This document shows positions 48,273 to 58,080 of a DNA stretch of 64,000 nt, in pieces. The position numbers and the translations under genes are program-made. Within the stretch, counting starts at the first letter, position 1. Every line of letters begins with the position of its first letter. The notes beneath the pieces were generated by a model that saw only the letters and a program-made list of their open reading frames with translations, did not search any database and was not told where the DNA came from. This stretch comes from a virus (taxonomy: Duplodnaviria > Caudoviricetes), in IMG/VR virus record IMGVR_UViG_3300030376_006203, positions 32,001 through 96,000 of that record; one strand, 5' to 3'.

Positions 48273-49123
48273 TCGCCTGGTGTACCTGTTAAAATACAGA
48301 TCCAACCGACCACACTGCCTGCTACTGGATTAGAATTCCAAACAATATCACCTTTGGCATGAGCACCTACTGTAGGTACATCATCTGCTACACTGAAACG
48401 TTTGCCTTCTAATCTTACAGGTCCTGCTACTTCAAAACTAGCATCATCTCTGATGTTGTTAACACCAACAGCAAGTTTGCCGTGAATTTTAACTTTTTTG
48501 TCTGTGCCACCTTGTGTCCCGATTGTAACGTCTCCGTTAGCACCTACCACAATTCTGTCTGTGCTATCTGTTTGTATTCTTAAGTCATGTGTTGTGTAAG
48601 TTCCAATTTCAGCATCAACTTCATTTGGTTGAACTCTATATTCAACGTAATTAGATGCTACTGAAAATTGACCGTTACCTGCTTCAATACCAACACCTAA
48701 TCTACTCATTCCTGAATTCCAGAAAATAAATTGATCAACATTCATATCACCGTTGACTGCTAAACCATTAAGCACACCAACTGATCTTAAATTTGAATTT
48801 CTTACTGTTGGTCCTAATTCTTCTGATGAAAGAACCAATGTGTTGTCTATTGAATAATGAGCATCTCTGTGTAAGTCTAAAGTGTTTGAACTCCACAATC
48901 TATCTGGATTTGCTTGGAAGTTCAACATTTTTGTATTGCCGAATCCACTCCATTGTAAGCCTTTTCCGTAGATAGGTGTTTTATCTGAACCAGCGAAGTT
49001 GATTGTTTTGCTTGAATTAACTACACTTTCGTCAGCAGATGCGTGAACACTTAGGTTTTCTATTGCGTCACCCAGTGTTACTAAACCGTTTTTAATTGAA
49101 ATTATATCGTCTCTTATGCTCAT
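48242..49123 (-). CDS. putative virion/fibre protein
   Basis: SNLRSVGVLNGLAV, C-terminal KGDIVWNSNP..GWIC..GTPGEW; late motif at 49131. Confidence 0.65.
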   Translation of the reverse strand: MSIRDDIISIKNGLVTLGDAIENLSVHASADESVVNSSKTINFAGSDKTPIYGKGLQWSGFGNTKMLNFQANPDRLWSSNTLDLHRDAHYSIDNTLVLSSEELGPTVRNSNLRSVGVLNGLAVNGDMNVDQFIFWNSGMSRLGVGIEAGNGQFSVASNYVEYRVQPNEVDAEIGTYTTHDLRIQTDSTDRIVVGANGDVTIGTQGGTDKKVKIHGKLAVGVNNIRDDASFEVAGPVRLEGKRFSVADDVPTVGAHAKGDIVWNSNPVAGSVVGWICILTGTPGEWKSFGNISQ

Positions 49124-49133
49124 ACACAGTTAT

Positions 49134-49976
49134 TTATCTAACTGCTCTTAACAAAATGACTTCAGAATTAACTCGACCATTCAGTTTGATGCCCATAGTT
49201 TTAATAGCATCAAATACTTCTATCACTTTTTTAGGCCCTGAATTAGCAAATTCTTTCAACTGCTCTTCGGGTTTTCTGAGTGTTTTTTGTATGCTGTTTT
49301 CTTCATCAAATCCTTTGATCGAAGTGCCTTTCACCATCAATCCTGTGCCTGGTCTATTCATGCCACGTGGGTCAAGCACTTTTGCTATGTAATGCCCTAA
49401 CTTCCTGGTCTTGGTATTGTAAACCCAAACCTGTTCAGCATATATTATTTCAGCAGGATCTATACTTTCAAGATTTGCTTTTTCATCATTCTTTTTAAAC
49501 TGCATTTTTGCCACCAACTGCTCCGGAGATTTTTCTTTCTTTTTGCGTGGTTTACGATTAGCATTAGCAATAGCAATCATTCGATCACAGGCTTCAAATA
49601 TATTGTCAAATGCTTTGATACCTTTTTGAATTGTTTCATTATCAACATCTTCATATGACTCCAACAGTTGACGTTCTTCAGAATCGTTGTCTTCTTCATC
49701 TGTTATTTCTTTAAATTTTAAATTCTTTGAACGTAGTATTAAAAGGTCTTTGTATTCTTTGTATTGTGGTTCATACATTTCCATTATTTTTCTAGCATGA
49801 ACTCCACCTACCTGTTGCTTTTTAAACACATCTACTAATTTAAACTTGTCAGGATTAAATTTTTCAGGAGACGTCACGTATCTATCCAACCAAATTTCGA
49901 TTGGTTCTAGGATTTCATGAACCCTTTTTTGAATTCTTTCTTGTATTGTTGGCTTTTTTATTTCTATATTTTCCAT
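49134..49976 (-). CDS. conserved T4-like phage hypothetical protein
   Basis: WVYNTKTRKL..KGTSI..KTLRKP..NGRVN. Confidence 0.75.
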   Translation of the reverse strand: MENIEIKKPTIQERIQKRVHEILEPIEIWLDRYVTSPEKFNPDKFKLVDVFKKQQVGGVHARKIMEMYEPQYKEYKDLLILRSKNLKFKEITDEEDNDSEERQLLESYEDVDNETIQKGIKAFDNIFEACDRMIAIANANRKPRKKKEKSPEQLVAKMQFKKNDEKANLESIDPAEIIYAEQVWVYNTKTRKLGHYIAKVLDPRGMNRPGTGLMVKGTSIKGFDEENSIQKTLRKPEEQLKEFANSGPKKVIEVFDAIKTMGIKLNGRVNSEVILLRAVR

Positions 49977-50013
49977 GGTACTATAACTGCTATATAGTCT
50001 CTTGATGGAAAAA

Positions 50014-50244
50014 TCAAGTCTTATTCTTTCTTTTCTTTTCTAAAAGTATCTGTTTTGGTGTTTTTGATCCTGGTGAAAGTTTCATTATTCTTAAGCCAAA
50101 CAGTTTCTTTTTGCCTTTTGAAGTTCGTATTACTGGCTGTCCATGTTCGTCAGTTTCAATGTCCAACACTGTGGCTTGAACGTTTCTAAACCTACCTACT
50201 TCTACTTTATCACCCACTTTGATGTCTATTGTGAAACTTTTCAT
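50014..50244 (-). CDS. small KOW/SH3-like basic protein
   Basis: IKVGDKVEVGRF..DEHGQP. Confidence 0.55.
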   Translation of the reverse strand: MKSFTIDIKVGDKVEVGRFRNVQATVLDIETDEHGQPVIRTSKGKKKLFGLRIMKLSPGSKTPKQILLEKKRKNKT

Positions 50245-50315
50245 AGTCTTGGACCTCTCCATCCTGTTAATAATACAAGAAGTGTGAACACTGTGGCAAA
50301 TACAATTAATTCCAT

Positions 50316-50900
50316 TTATCTTATAAAAGTATTAAAACTAATACTAATCCTTTCTTGATCTTTTAATTGTTGTTCTACTGAATGCTCTACAAAACTTGGA
50401 AACAGATACAGTGTTCCCATTTTTGGAACAAAACTTTTTGTGCGACTTGTAAAGGTAGGATTGATTGATCCTCTCCAGGGCCAATTACTCACTTTGTTTT
50501 GATCGTGAAATGTAATTCTAGCATCATCTTTATTTGCCTTAACATAATATATACCACTAATGACATCTGGTATATGATTGTGATTGCCATGACTGCTGTA
50601 TTTTCTGTTGATATTAAACCAACTGCCAGTCATATTGGCATAACCTTCCATGCCCATATCTTTAATGGCTTCAACAACACTCTCCATCACAAAGTTTTTA
50701 AGTTCAATACACTCATCATAATCTAAAATATTGTTTATAGGCCCATAACTGGTATAGCCTTCTTTAGTGTATTTTATATTATCATTAGGATTGTTCTTTT
50801 CAATTTCTTTAAACATAGGCACAATTTTTTCTTTGAATTCATTTGCTTTATCAAATTCAAATTGCCATACAGGTACAGGAAATATTTCATGTCTAATCAT
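50316..50900 (-). CDS. 2OG-Fe(II) oxygenase-like protein
   Basis: FPVP, SWFN, HNH, SGIYY, LFPSFVEH, RISISFN. Confidence 0.85.
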   Translation of the reverse strand: MIRHEIFPVPVWQFEFDKANEFKEKIVPMFKEIEKNNPNDNIKYTKEGYTSYGPINNILDYDECIELKNFVMESVVEAIKDMGMEGYANMTGSWFNINRKYSSHGNHNHIPDVISGIYYVKANKDDARITFHDQNKVSNWPWRGSINPTFTSRTKSFVPKMGTLYLFPSFVEHSVEQQLKDQERISISFNTFIR

Positions 50901-51304
50901 TCGTGTTCTCCTCCTGGATCGTCAGGATCAAATTCAACCCTTGTACCATCAATGCCAATCATTCCACCTCTTGCTCTGCCACCTGAATGATAGCCATCAA
51001 ATTTATAATCAATATATCTTTTACTTGCTCCATGGAATTGTTTGAATGTAAAGTATGACGCAAATATTATCGCAACGTGTCCACCAAACCATCCTAACCA
51101 TATATCAACTCTCATCATTCCCCATATGTAAATGGTAAAGGCAGTGGACCAAATAAAACTTAAAGTAAGGAGTAATTGTAATCTCACTGTCTTAGGTAAT
51201 GCTCTTAGGTCATTCTTTGAGTCGTTAAACAGAACAGTGGCAACGTCTATTGCCCAATTACGCAATCTATTACACCAACCACACTGACTAAAACTGTAAT
51301 TCAT
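50897..51304 (-). CDS. membrane protein
   Basis: Two TM segments, DDPGGEHE C-terminus; start refined. Confidence 0.6.
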   Translation of the reverse strand: MNYSFSQCGWCNRLRNWAIDVATVLFNDSKNDLRALPKTVRLQLLLTLSFIWSTAFTIYIWGMMRVDIWLGWFGGHVAIIFASYFTFKQFHGASKRYIDYKFDGYHSGGRARGGMIGIDGTRVEFDPDDPGGEHE

Positions 51305-51305
51305 G

Positions 51306-51497
51306 TTATCTGAAAAATTTCTTGAACTTGTCAATACTATTTGATAACGGTCCATACACCCTTTCTATAAAATCGATATGTTTGGTTAGACGCTTGTCCA
51401 AATCATCAATCTTATTGTTGAGTTGTTTCATCTCTTTCAAGAAAACTTTTTTATTGTCCGCCATCGCTTTCTTTATAATATCTACTTCTTTAGTCAT
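51306..51497 (-). CDS. small coiled-coil protein
   Basis: LTKHIDFIERVY. Confidence 0.55.
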   Translation of the reverse strand: MTKEVDIIKKAMADNKKVFLKEMKQLNNKIDDLDKRLTKHIDFIERVYGPLSNSIDKFKKFFR

Positions 51498-51646
51498 TTT
51501 TAATATTCTTTACTAATTTTAATTGTTCTAATAGTTTAAGTTTTTTTTGCTCTTTAATCAATTGGTTTTGAATTTTAGTCTGTGCTTCTAGTAAACCAGT
51601 CACCTTACCTAATTGAGCCATATGCTCAAATGAATTATATTTCTTT

Positions 51647-51799
51647 TTACTCATCTTTAACCTTTCTGATCATTGTTGCTTTTCTAGGCCACAATTGATT
51701 CTGTATATGTTCCTCATCAAAACCCTGCATTCTTTTTAGTTTGCCATTTACTTTTACACTAAACATATATGGAGGACCATTCCAGGGAGTTAGTTTCAT
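51647..51799 (-). CDS. small hypothetical protein
   Basis: MKLTPWNGPP after AGGA SD. Confidence 0.5.
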   Translation of the reverse strand: MKLTPWNGPPYMFSVKVNGKLKRMQGFDEEHIQNQLWPRKATMIRKVKDE

Positions 51800-51824
51800 A
51801 TTTTCGTATCCTACTGCTATCACT

Positions 51825-53159
51825 TTAGATTTTCTCGCCAATTTCAAATCCTCTGAATCTCATAAATCTTGGAAATCTCAATGAGTATTCTGTTTCACTG
51901 TCTTGGTTCTTTGTGACAGCATCTGCTCTCACTTCTACAATCTGACCAATTAATTCATCTTTGTGTTGCCAAAACTTATCTCTATTGTCATCACTCAATC
52001 CAGAACCAACATTAGTTTTAATCATTTTGCCATCATCTTCACCTTCGCAAATCAAAGCACCCAATTTGCCAACATTTCTTCCTGTGCCTTCTTCTGTTGC
52101 TTTCACTGTCAAACTTACTTCAATAAATGGTTTCAATTTTAACCAAGCATGACTTCTTTTACATTCATAAGGAGCATTGATATCTTTAATCATAATACCC
52201 TCATATCCTCCCTGTACGGCCCTTTTATTCACCTCTGTATAAGTCGTTTGCCCTTCGGGTGTGTCTAAGTTCACAATTTCATGGTCCAGCACTGTAACGG
52301 CGTCTAAATGGGTCTTGTGTTGTTCATACCATGCTTTTAACATCTGCGTTCTTAAAGTTTGTGTCTTATCCCAACTGCCTTTTTTAAAATCTTCTAATGG
52401 TAAGAAATCAAACAAATGAAGCACTGCGTCTTTGGCATTGCCTCCTTCTTTCCTATGGACCTGTTTCATAAGGTCTTGAAAGTTCTCACTCATAACTTCA
52501 CCATCTAATACAACTGGGTATGGTGGAGGACTATTTTTTACAACTGCTGATATCTGTTCTTGTATGTGTCCAAAGTTTGTAAACTCTTTACCATTTCTGC
52601 TGAACATATCAACTTTGCCATCTGGATACACAATGGTAACAACTCTTACACCATCCAGTTTAACTTCTAACATCTTCTCACCCACCAACTTCTTTTCATG
52701 GTTTGTACTGTCATGGGCAAGTTGGCAAGTAAACACGGGCACCATGTACTTGCCATACTTGTTCTTTTTTGCTACGGAGTTCACAGTTTTTTCTGAAACA
52801 CCGCAACGCAAATCTTTAATCAATATTCTTCTATAGAAACCATTCCATTGTTCTGCTGTCGCTGAACTCATCACAAGATTAATGGCATCTCTTGCCGCGT
52901 GTCCTGTTAATTCTCTTGCGTGTAATTTTTCAGCAAGGTCTTTGAACACTTCCCATTTACAACCTTGTGCAGAAATAACATCATCTTTGGTTGGCACTTG
53001 CTTGACTCCAAATGTGTATAGTTTGTCCAAACACATTCTTAAGCCTTCAAAGAATTCATCCAATCCTTCATTCATTGCTTCTAGCAATATCTTCTCTTTT
53101 GCTAGTCTGCTATTATCTGCTTCTAGTTTAGCAATAACTTCTTGTGGTTGTGTTCTCAT
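51825..53159 (-). CDS. lig: ATP-dependent DNA ligase
   Basis: EVKLDGVR (motif I), LDGE, EGIMIK, WLKLKP, SLRFPRF. Confidence 0.95.
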   Translation of the reverse strand: MRTQPQEVIAKLEADNSRLAKEKILLEAMNEGLDEFFEGLRMCLDKLYTFGVKQVPTKDDVISAQGCKWEVFKDLAEKLHARELTGHAARDAINLVMSSATAEQWNGFYRRILIKDLRCGVSEKTVNSVAKKNKYGKYMVPVFTCQLAHDSTNHEKKLVGEKMLEVKLDGVRVVTIVYPDGKVDMFSRNGKEFTNFGHIQEQISAVVKNSPPPYPVVLDGEVMSENFQDLMKQVHRKEGGNAKDAVLHLFDFLPLEDFKKGSWDKTQTLRTQMLKAWYEQHKTHLDAVTVLDHEIVNLDTPEGQTTYTEVNKRAVQGGYEGIMIKDINAPYECKRSHAWLKLKPFIEVSLTVKATEEGTGRNVGKLGALICEGEDDGKMIKTNVGSGLSDDNRDKFWQHKDELIGQIVEVRADAVTKNQDSETEYSLRFPRFMRFRGFEIGEKI

Positions 53160-53327
53160 ATCAGTTTCACCAAAATGTATATTTGTAGACACAACACCGC
53201 AATAGGAACGATTGTTCTAATCAATTCCATTGTGTGATTGTACTCGTCTAATTTTCTTTCCAATTTGTTTCTTTTTGCTTTTTTCATTGTACTAATTTTA
53301 TTATCTTTTACCATAATTGTCAATCTC

Positions 53328-54332
53328 CTATACTGGTTTCAGCACGGTGCTTTTAGCCATATCTTTCCAATTTTCTGGAAATGCTTTTGCCAAATCAGCA
53401 ATTTTAAGCACTGTTCTTAAACTTATTTCTCTTAATTGTCTTTTATACTCATCAATGAAAGCAACAATAGATTGTTCAGTTTCATTTGGTAAAGCATATG
53501 ACTTTAACATACCATCAGTAACGATTTGTTTAATTCTCAAAATCTTCTCTCTAATAGTATCAATTGTTAAATCTATGTAATGACATCTAGATTCTAATGC
53601 TTCTAAATGGTCTCTTAACTTTTTACTCTTTACATTATCAAATTTAATGTTTGTGATAAAAATTACAGAACCTGCGAATTCAAAAGTATCAGGCACACCC
53701 TCTCTTCTTAACATATGGGAGTCTGTGTTCCAACATATCTTTCTAGTTTTTTTAGAATCCAATGCCGCCTTAAGTATGTTCAAACTTAAATCGTCTAGTA
53801 AAATACTATCACAGTCATCAAATACCAATACATTGTCAGCATCTGAAAAGTTGTATAATTTACAATATAAGCCAATTGGCGACATAGCACCTTTTACAAC
53901 TTCATATTTGGGTCTAGTATTACCTAGTGTACTCACAACGCCATATCTGTCAAGCACTTGCTCAACTCCATAACTTTTACCAACTCCTGGAGGTCCTGAA
54001 ACAATCATTGCTCTCACATCACCTTTTTTACAAGCCTTAGTCATGCTGTCTAGTATGTTGAATCTTTTTCTCATTCTTTCAACTGTCTCAGCATCACTTT
54101 CCTCTTTAGGTTGTTCAGGAGCCGAATCTCTCAATTGATTCTCGTTCTCAACATTTATTCTGATTTGTTTTTTAGTAGCACCTGGAAACTTTTCCAAGTC
54201 ATCTATTTTCACAGTAATGAATCCACCTTCTTTGTGTGGATGTGGTTGATAACCTTTTACAACTTGGAATGTTTGATTTTCTACAGTTTTGTTTCTGTAA
54301 GTGCCTTCTAGTAAGTATATTGTGTTTTTCAT
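53328..54332 (-). CDS. AAA+ ATPase
   Basis: SGPPGVGKS, VLVFDDCD, ITN, SRC. Confidence 0.85.
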   Translation of the reverse strand: MKNTIYLLEGTYRNKTVENQTFQVVKGYQPHPHKEGGFITVKIDDLEKFPGATKKQIRINVENENQLRDSAPEQPKEESDAETVERMRKRFNILDSMTKACKKGDVRAMIVSGPPGVGKSYGVEQVLDRYGVVSTLGNTRPKYEVVKGAMSPIGLYCKLYNFSDADNVLVFDDCDSILLDDLSLNILKAALDSKKTRKICWNTDSHMLRREGVPDTFEFAGSVIFITNIKFDNVKSKKLRDHLEALESRCHYIDLTIDTIREKILRIKQIVTDGMLKSYALPNETEQSIVAFIDEYKRQLREISLRTVLKIADLAKAFPENWKDMAKSTVLKPV

Positions 54333-54376
54333 TTGTGCCCTTTTCTGTTGCCTTAATTAATTTGCCTTATTTTATT

Positions 54377-54405
54377 ATTATAGTTTCTGCTAACCAAAAA
54401 GTCAA
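54377..54405 (-). promoter_or_regulatory. early sigma70-type promoter
   Basis: TTGACTTTTTGGT..17..TATAAT. Confidence 0.75.
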
Positions 54406-54408
54406 GCA

Positions 54409-54870
54409 TTAATCTGCTCGACTTTCACTGATTACATTTAAACCATATTGTTCTTCTAATACCTTAGCAAAGGCATCACAAGCCGTTTCTTTGATGTCCA
54501 AAGATTGACAGTGTCTCCACTTATGGTTCTCTGGCATAATATCGTAGTAGGATACTCTCCAACCACCTCTATAACCATTGCTACCAATACCTTGTTTCTT
54601 TAACCAACCAACAAATTTACCTTGTGCTGGTCTGATTGTGATGTTAGCAAATCCACAATACATAGGTTCTTCTTTACCTTCCATATATGTGTCAACGGCA
54701 TCAACAGCCGCCTCTTTGGCTATACCCCACATCTTCATTGGTTCTACTTTTGCGTTTACAAATTTAACTACTTGTTTTACATCTTCTTTTATCATGTTGT
54801 TTTTCCTTTTGTTAAGTTTATTAAAGTGTTGATACATTTTGTTCAATTGTTTTTCTATTAATTCGCTCAT
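54409..54870 (-). CDS. early hypothetical protein (alternative start 54795)
   Basis: YCGFA..QSLDIKE..SRAD C-terminus. Confidence 0.65.
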   Translation of the reverse strand: MSELIEKQLNKMYQHFNKLNKRKNNMIKEDVKQVVKFVNAKVEPMKMWGIAKEAAVDAVDTYMEGKEEPMYCGFANITIRPAQGKFVGWLKKQGIGSNGYRGGWRVSYYDIMPENHKWRHCQSLDIKETACDAFAKVLEEQYGLNVISESRAD

Positions 54871-55247
54871 TAAACTAACAATCTTTTTTGACCGTCCATA
54901 TAACAAGCACCAGTCCATTTTACAACGTACTCACCAAAAATGTTACCTCTTGGAGCATTCAAAGCCGGTAATGCCCAACTTGCCGCTTTTAAGATATCAC
55001 CCTTTTTGAACTCTACACCTTTAGAAGTTGTGAAGTCTTTACTTGCTATGAATGAATGTACTGAATTACTAGTACCAATCTTTGTCATAACCTTAATGTA
55101 TTTCTTGCCCGGTTTTACTGTGATACTTTCACAGAACTCTTTAACCATGTTATCTCTAACAGTTCTTTCTGTTTCTGTTTTTGGATTATTCCAACCAACA
55201 TAGTCTTTTTTAATGTTTTCAATGTAATTGTCTATTTGTGTTTTCAT
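54870..55247 (-). CDS. early hypothetical protein
   Basis: GKKYIKV..SVHSF..GDILKAASW..PRGNI motif common in large phages. Confidence 0.7.
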   Translation of the reverse strand: MKTQIDNYIENIKKDYVGWNNPKTETERTVRDNMVKEFCESITVKPGKKYIKVMTKIGTSNSVHSFIASKDFTTSKGVEFKKGDILKAASWALPALNAPRGNIFGEYVVKWTGACYMDGQKRLLV

Positions 55248-55277
55248 TTGTGCCTCTTTGTTTGTTGTTATAGTATT

Positions 55278-55307
55278 ATTATACAGCCAGAACTACCAAA
55301 AAGTCAA
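55278..55307 (-). promoter_or_regulatory. early sigma70-type promoter
   Basis: TTGACTTTTTGGT..18..TATAAT. Confidence 0.72.
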
Positions 55308-55349
55308 CCAAAAAGATAGGTCAAAAACGTCAAGGTTTATGCGGGTTTT

Positions 55350-55607
55350 TTAATCGTCGAATGCTTTTGCTTGGGGATTTTTGCTGAATTTACGCCAAAT
55401 CTTGTGTAAAGCATAGAACCAAACACCATTAATACTTGGTTCAATTAGTGCTACTGCGCCTGCTTCAAACAGACTGGCTCCAGTCATTACACTGACAACA
55501 CACATCGCAATAACGATATGTCCTAAGGTATAAATGATAGCCAGTGCTAAACTGCTAGTGCCTAGCAATTTTAATATATTAAAGATTCCTTGTTTAAATT
55601 CGCTCAT
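55350..55607 (-). CDS. DUF2061-like membrane protein
   Basis: YTLGHIVIA..EP..NGVWFY.LHKIW; leaderless after TTGACT-18-TATAAT. Confidence 0.65.
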   Translation of the reverse strand: MSEFKQGIFNILKLLGTSSLALAIIYTLGHIVIAMCVVSVMTGASLFEAGAVALIEPSINGVWFYALHKIWRKFSKNPQAKAFDD

Positions 55608-55653
55608 GCTTTATTATAACATCTAATGTTATGTAAAGTCAATACCTTATGTC

Positions 55654-55683
55654 AAAAAAAAAGGCGACCGAAGCCGCCTTTTT
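55654..55683 (-). terminator. intrinsic terminator (probably bidirectional)
   Basis: GGCGGC-TTCG-GTCGCC followed by T9 on the minus strand; A-tract on the other side. Confidence 0.9.
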
Positions 55684-55705
55684 AATCTAGTTAAAAACTA
55701 TACAA

Positions 55706-55969
55706 TTATAATTGTACACCTTTTGCTAATGCTTTGTATCCAAGACCTACTACCATTCTAGGTGCTTTACCTGTTCTGTATACTTTAACACCAGTTCTTT
55801 TGTTAGTGTTTAAGAACACAGGTAAACCTTTGAATCTTAATGCTTGAATTACTGCACCTGGGTTACCAGCACCAAATCTATTTTTAATAGCATTTGATGT
55901 TAATGCTTCACCGTTTAATAAAGCATTTTCTACTCTTTTTTGTATAGTCATAGTTTTAGTTTTAGCCAT
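55706..55969 (-). CDS. winged-helix DNA-binding protein (possible longer form from 56053)
   Basis: LLNGEALT..IKNRFG..NP..VIQALRFKG; AGAGGAG SD. Confidence 0.6.
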   Translation of the reverse strand: MAKTKTMTIQKRVENALLNGEALTSNAIKNRFGAGNPGAVIQALRFKGLPVFLNTNKRTGVKVYRTGKAPRMVVGLGYKALAKGVQL

Positions 55970-56108
55970 TGAGCTAACTCCTCTTCTGATTTTTGTCTTC
56001 TTCTGGACAGTATTCGTACCAGTCGAAAACATATTTTTTATTATGTCTAACATTAATATTAATATACATTCTTTTAAGGAAATAGTCAATAAGGTAGGTT
56101 TACCAAAA

Positions 56109-56702
56109 TTAGCCAAAAATACTCATGTCACAATCTAACACTGTGGCAACCAAGTGTACTCTGTCTTCTTCACCACCGTTGAAAGCATTATGGTACTTGG
56201 TATTGTCGGTAATCCATACACCACCATCTGCAGGCATATGATGAACTTCAGTATCGATACACATACGAGCACCAAAATTTGTAACAATTGGTATGTGGAG
56301 TCTAGGTTCTGGATCTCTATGCCAACTCAAAGTTGTTCTTGGCAGTTTCCAAAGCAACCTAATCCTACCAAGTTTATACTTTTTGGTAAGTGCTTCGTAC
56401 ATCTCTTTGAAATATGTGTCTTTGAATAGCGAAACAAATTCTGAATATTGTGCTTCGTCTATCACTTCTTCTCTTTGAACTTCTTGATAAGTGCTGTCTG
56501 GTTTAGTCCAGTACAGTCCTCTTACATTACCACCTGTGATTGAATTTGGATCATTTGGTATTTGTGTAAGGCAGATAGCATTTATATCTCTTTCACCTAA
56601 CGGCGACTGTCTTGCTACTCTTGAATCAACTTCTGCTAATGCTGACTGCATTTTGGCAACATCGAATTTTAATGTTGGATCTCTGTAAAATCCTTTTGGC
56701 AT
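56109..56702 (-). CDS. Asp/Asn beta-hydroxylase-like 2OG-Fe(II) dioxygenase
   Basis: RIRLL..LSWHRD..RLHIPIVTN..HNAFNGG..RVHLV. Confidence 0.8.
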   Translation of the reverse strand: MPKGFYRDPTLKFDVAKMQSALAEVDSRVARQSPLGERDINAICLTQIPNDPNSITGGNVRGLYWTKPDSTYQEVQREEVIDEAQYSEFVSLFKDTYFKEMYEALTKKYKLGRIRLLWKLPRTTLSWHRDPEPRLHIPIVTNFGARMCIDTEVHHMPADGGVWITDNTKYHNAFNGGEEDRVHLVATVLDCDMSIFG

Positions 56703-56703
56703 A

Positions 56704-58080
56704 TTAATCTCCGAATTTGATACCTTGTGCTAAAGGTAATGATTTTCCATAATTAATTGTGACTGTGCTTCTACGCATATATTGTTTCCAAGCATCAGAA
56801 CCAGACTCACGTCCGCCACCTGTGTCTTTCTCACCACCAAATGCTCCACCAATTTCTGCTCCACTAGGACCAATATTAATATTAACAATACCACAATCTG
56901 AACCAACTGCTGATGTAAATGTTTCTGCTTCTTGAACGTTGTCAGTAAAAATACACGAACTTAATCCTTGTGGCACTGCGTTATGAATATCAATTGCTTC
57001 ATCTAAATCTTGATATTTCATAGTGTAAAGTATTGGAGCAAATGTTTCAGTCTTAACCAAATCACATTGTTCTGTTGCTTCTACTATTGCAGGACGAACT
57101 GTACAACCTTCTACAACTTCACCACCATGAACTGTGTAACCTTTTGCTTTAGCCTGCTCTAATACCGAAAGCATTCTATCTGCTGACTCTTGGTTGATTA
57201 GCGGTCCTACCAAAGTTTCTTCTTTAAAGTTATCTCCCACTGGTAAACTTGAATAAGCAGACTTTAATTTTTCTAACAACACATCATATACAGATGTATG
57301 TACAATTAATCTTCTCAATGTGGTACATCTTTGTCCTGCTGTACCAACCGCACCAAACACAATACCTCTTACTGCTAAATCAATATTGGCGTGTTTGGAT
57401 ACAATCATACCATTGTTTCCACCTAGTTCATATAAACCTTTACCCATTCTTGCCGAAACTCTTGGAGCCAATGCTTTACCCATTGCTGTCGAACCTGTAG
57501 CACTTAACAAATTGATTCGTGAATCATCTGCCATCCATTCTGCTTCAGTTTTATCTCCGTCAACTACCTGTAATAAATCTTTAAATTTTGTATCAGGAAA
57601 GAAGCATTCGCTGATTGCTTTGTCCCATGCCTCTTTACAACTGTCTGTTACATTTTTTGCTTTGGGTGAACCTTTCCATACCACACTGTTTCCACATACC
57701 ATCGCTATACAATGATTCCATGCCCAAACGGCACAAGGAAAATTAAAGGCAGTAATTACACCTACAACACCTAATGGATTGTAAACTTCCTGTAATTTGT
57801 GTTCTGGTCTTTCACTCTGTATTGTTAATCCGTATAATTGTCTTGAAAGTCCTACTGCGAAATCACACATATCAATTGCTTCTTGTACTTCACCAATTGC
57901 TTCTGCGTGTATCTTTTTTGCGTCTTTCATAATGGCTGTACCAATCTTTTCAATGTCTTGTCTTAAATGATTGCCAAACACTCTGATAACTTCACCTCTT
58001 TTAGGTGCTGGTACAGTTCGCCATTCTTTTTGAATTGATTTTGCTCTTTCTATTATGCTGTCGTAATTATTTTTATTCAT
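56704..58080 (-). CDS. ALDH7-type aldehyde dehydrogenase (alpha-aminoadipate semialdehyde / P6C dehydrogenase)
   Basis: TAFNFP.AV, ATGST, ELGGNN, GTAGQRCT, GAEIGGAFGGEK.TGGGRESGSDAWKQYMRR; start refined to 58080. Confidence 0.9.
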   Translation of the reverse strand: MNKNNYDSIIERAKSIQKEWRTVPAPKRGEVIRVFGNHLRQDIEKIGTAIMKDAKKIHAEAIGEVQEAIDMCDFAVGLSRQLYGLTIQSERPEHKLQEVYNPLGVVGVITAFNFPCAVWAWNHCIAMVCGNSVVWKGSPKAKNVTDSCKEAWDKAISECFFPDTKFKDLLQVVDGDKTEAEWMADDSRINLLSATGSTAMGKALAPRVSARMGKGLYELGGNNGMIVSKHANIDLAVRGIVFGAVGTAGQRCTTLRRLIVHTSVYDVLLEKLKSAYSSLPVGDNFKEETLVGPLINQESADRMLSVLEQAKAKGYTVHGGEVVEGCTVRPAIVEATEQCDLVKTETFAPILYTMKYQDLDEAIDIHNAVPQGLSSCIFTDNVQEAETFTSAVGSDCGIVNINIGPSGAEIGGAFGGEKDTGGGRESGSDAWKQYMRRSTVTINYGKSLPLAQGIKFGD

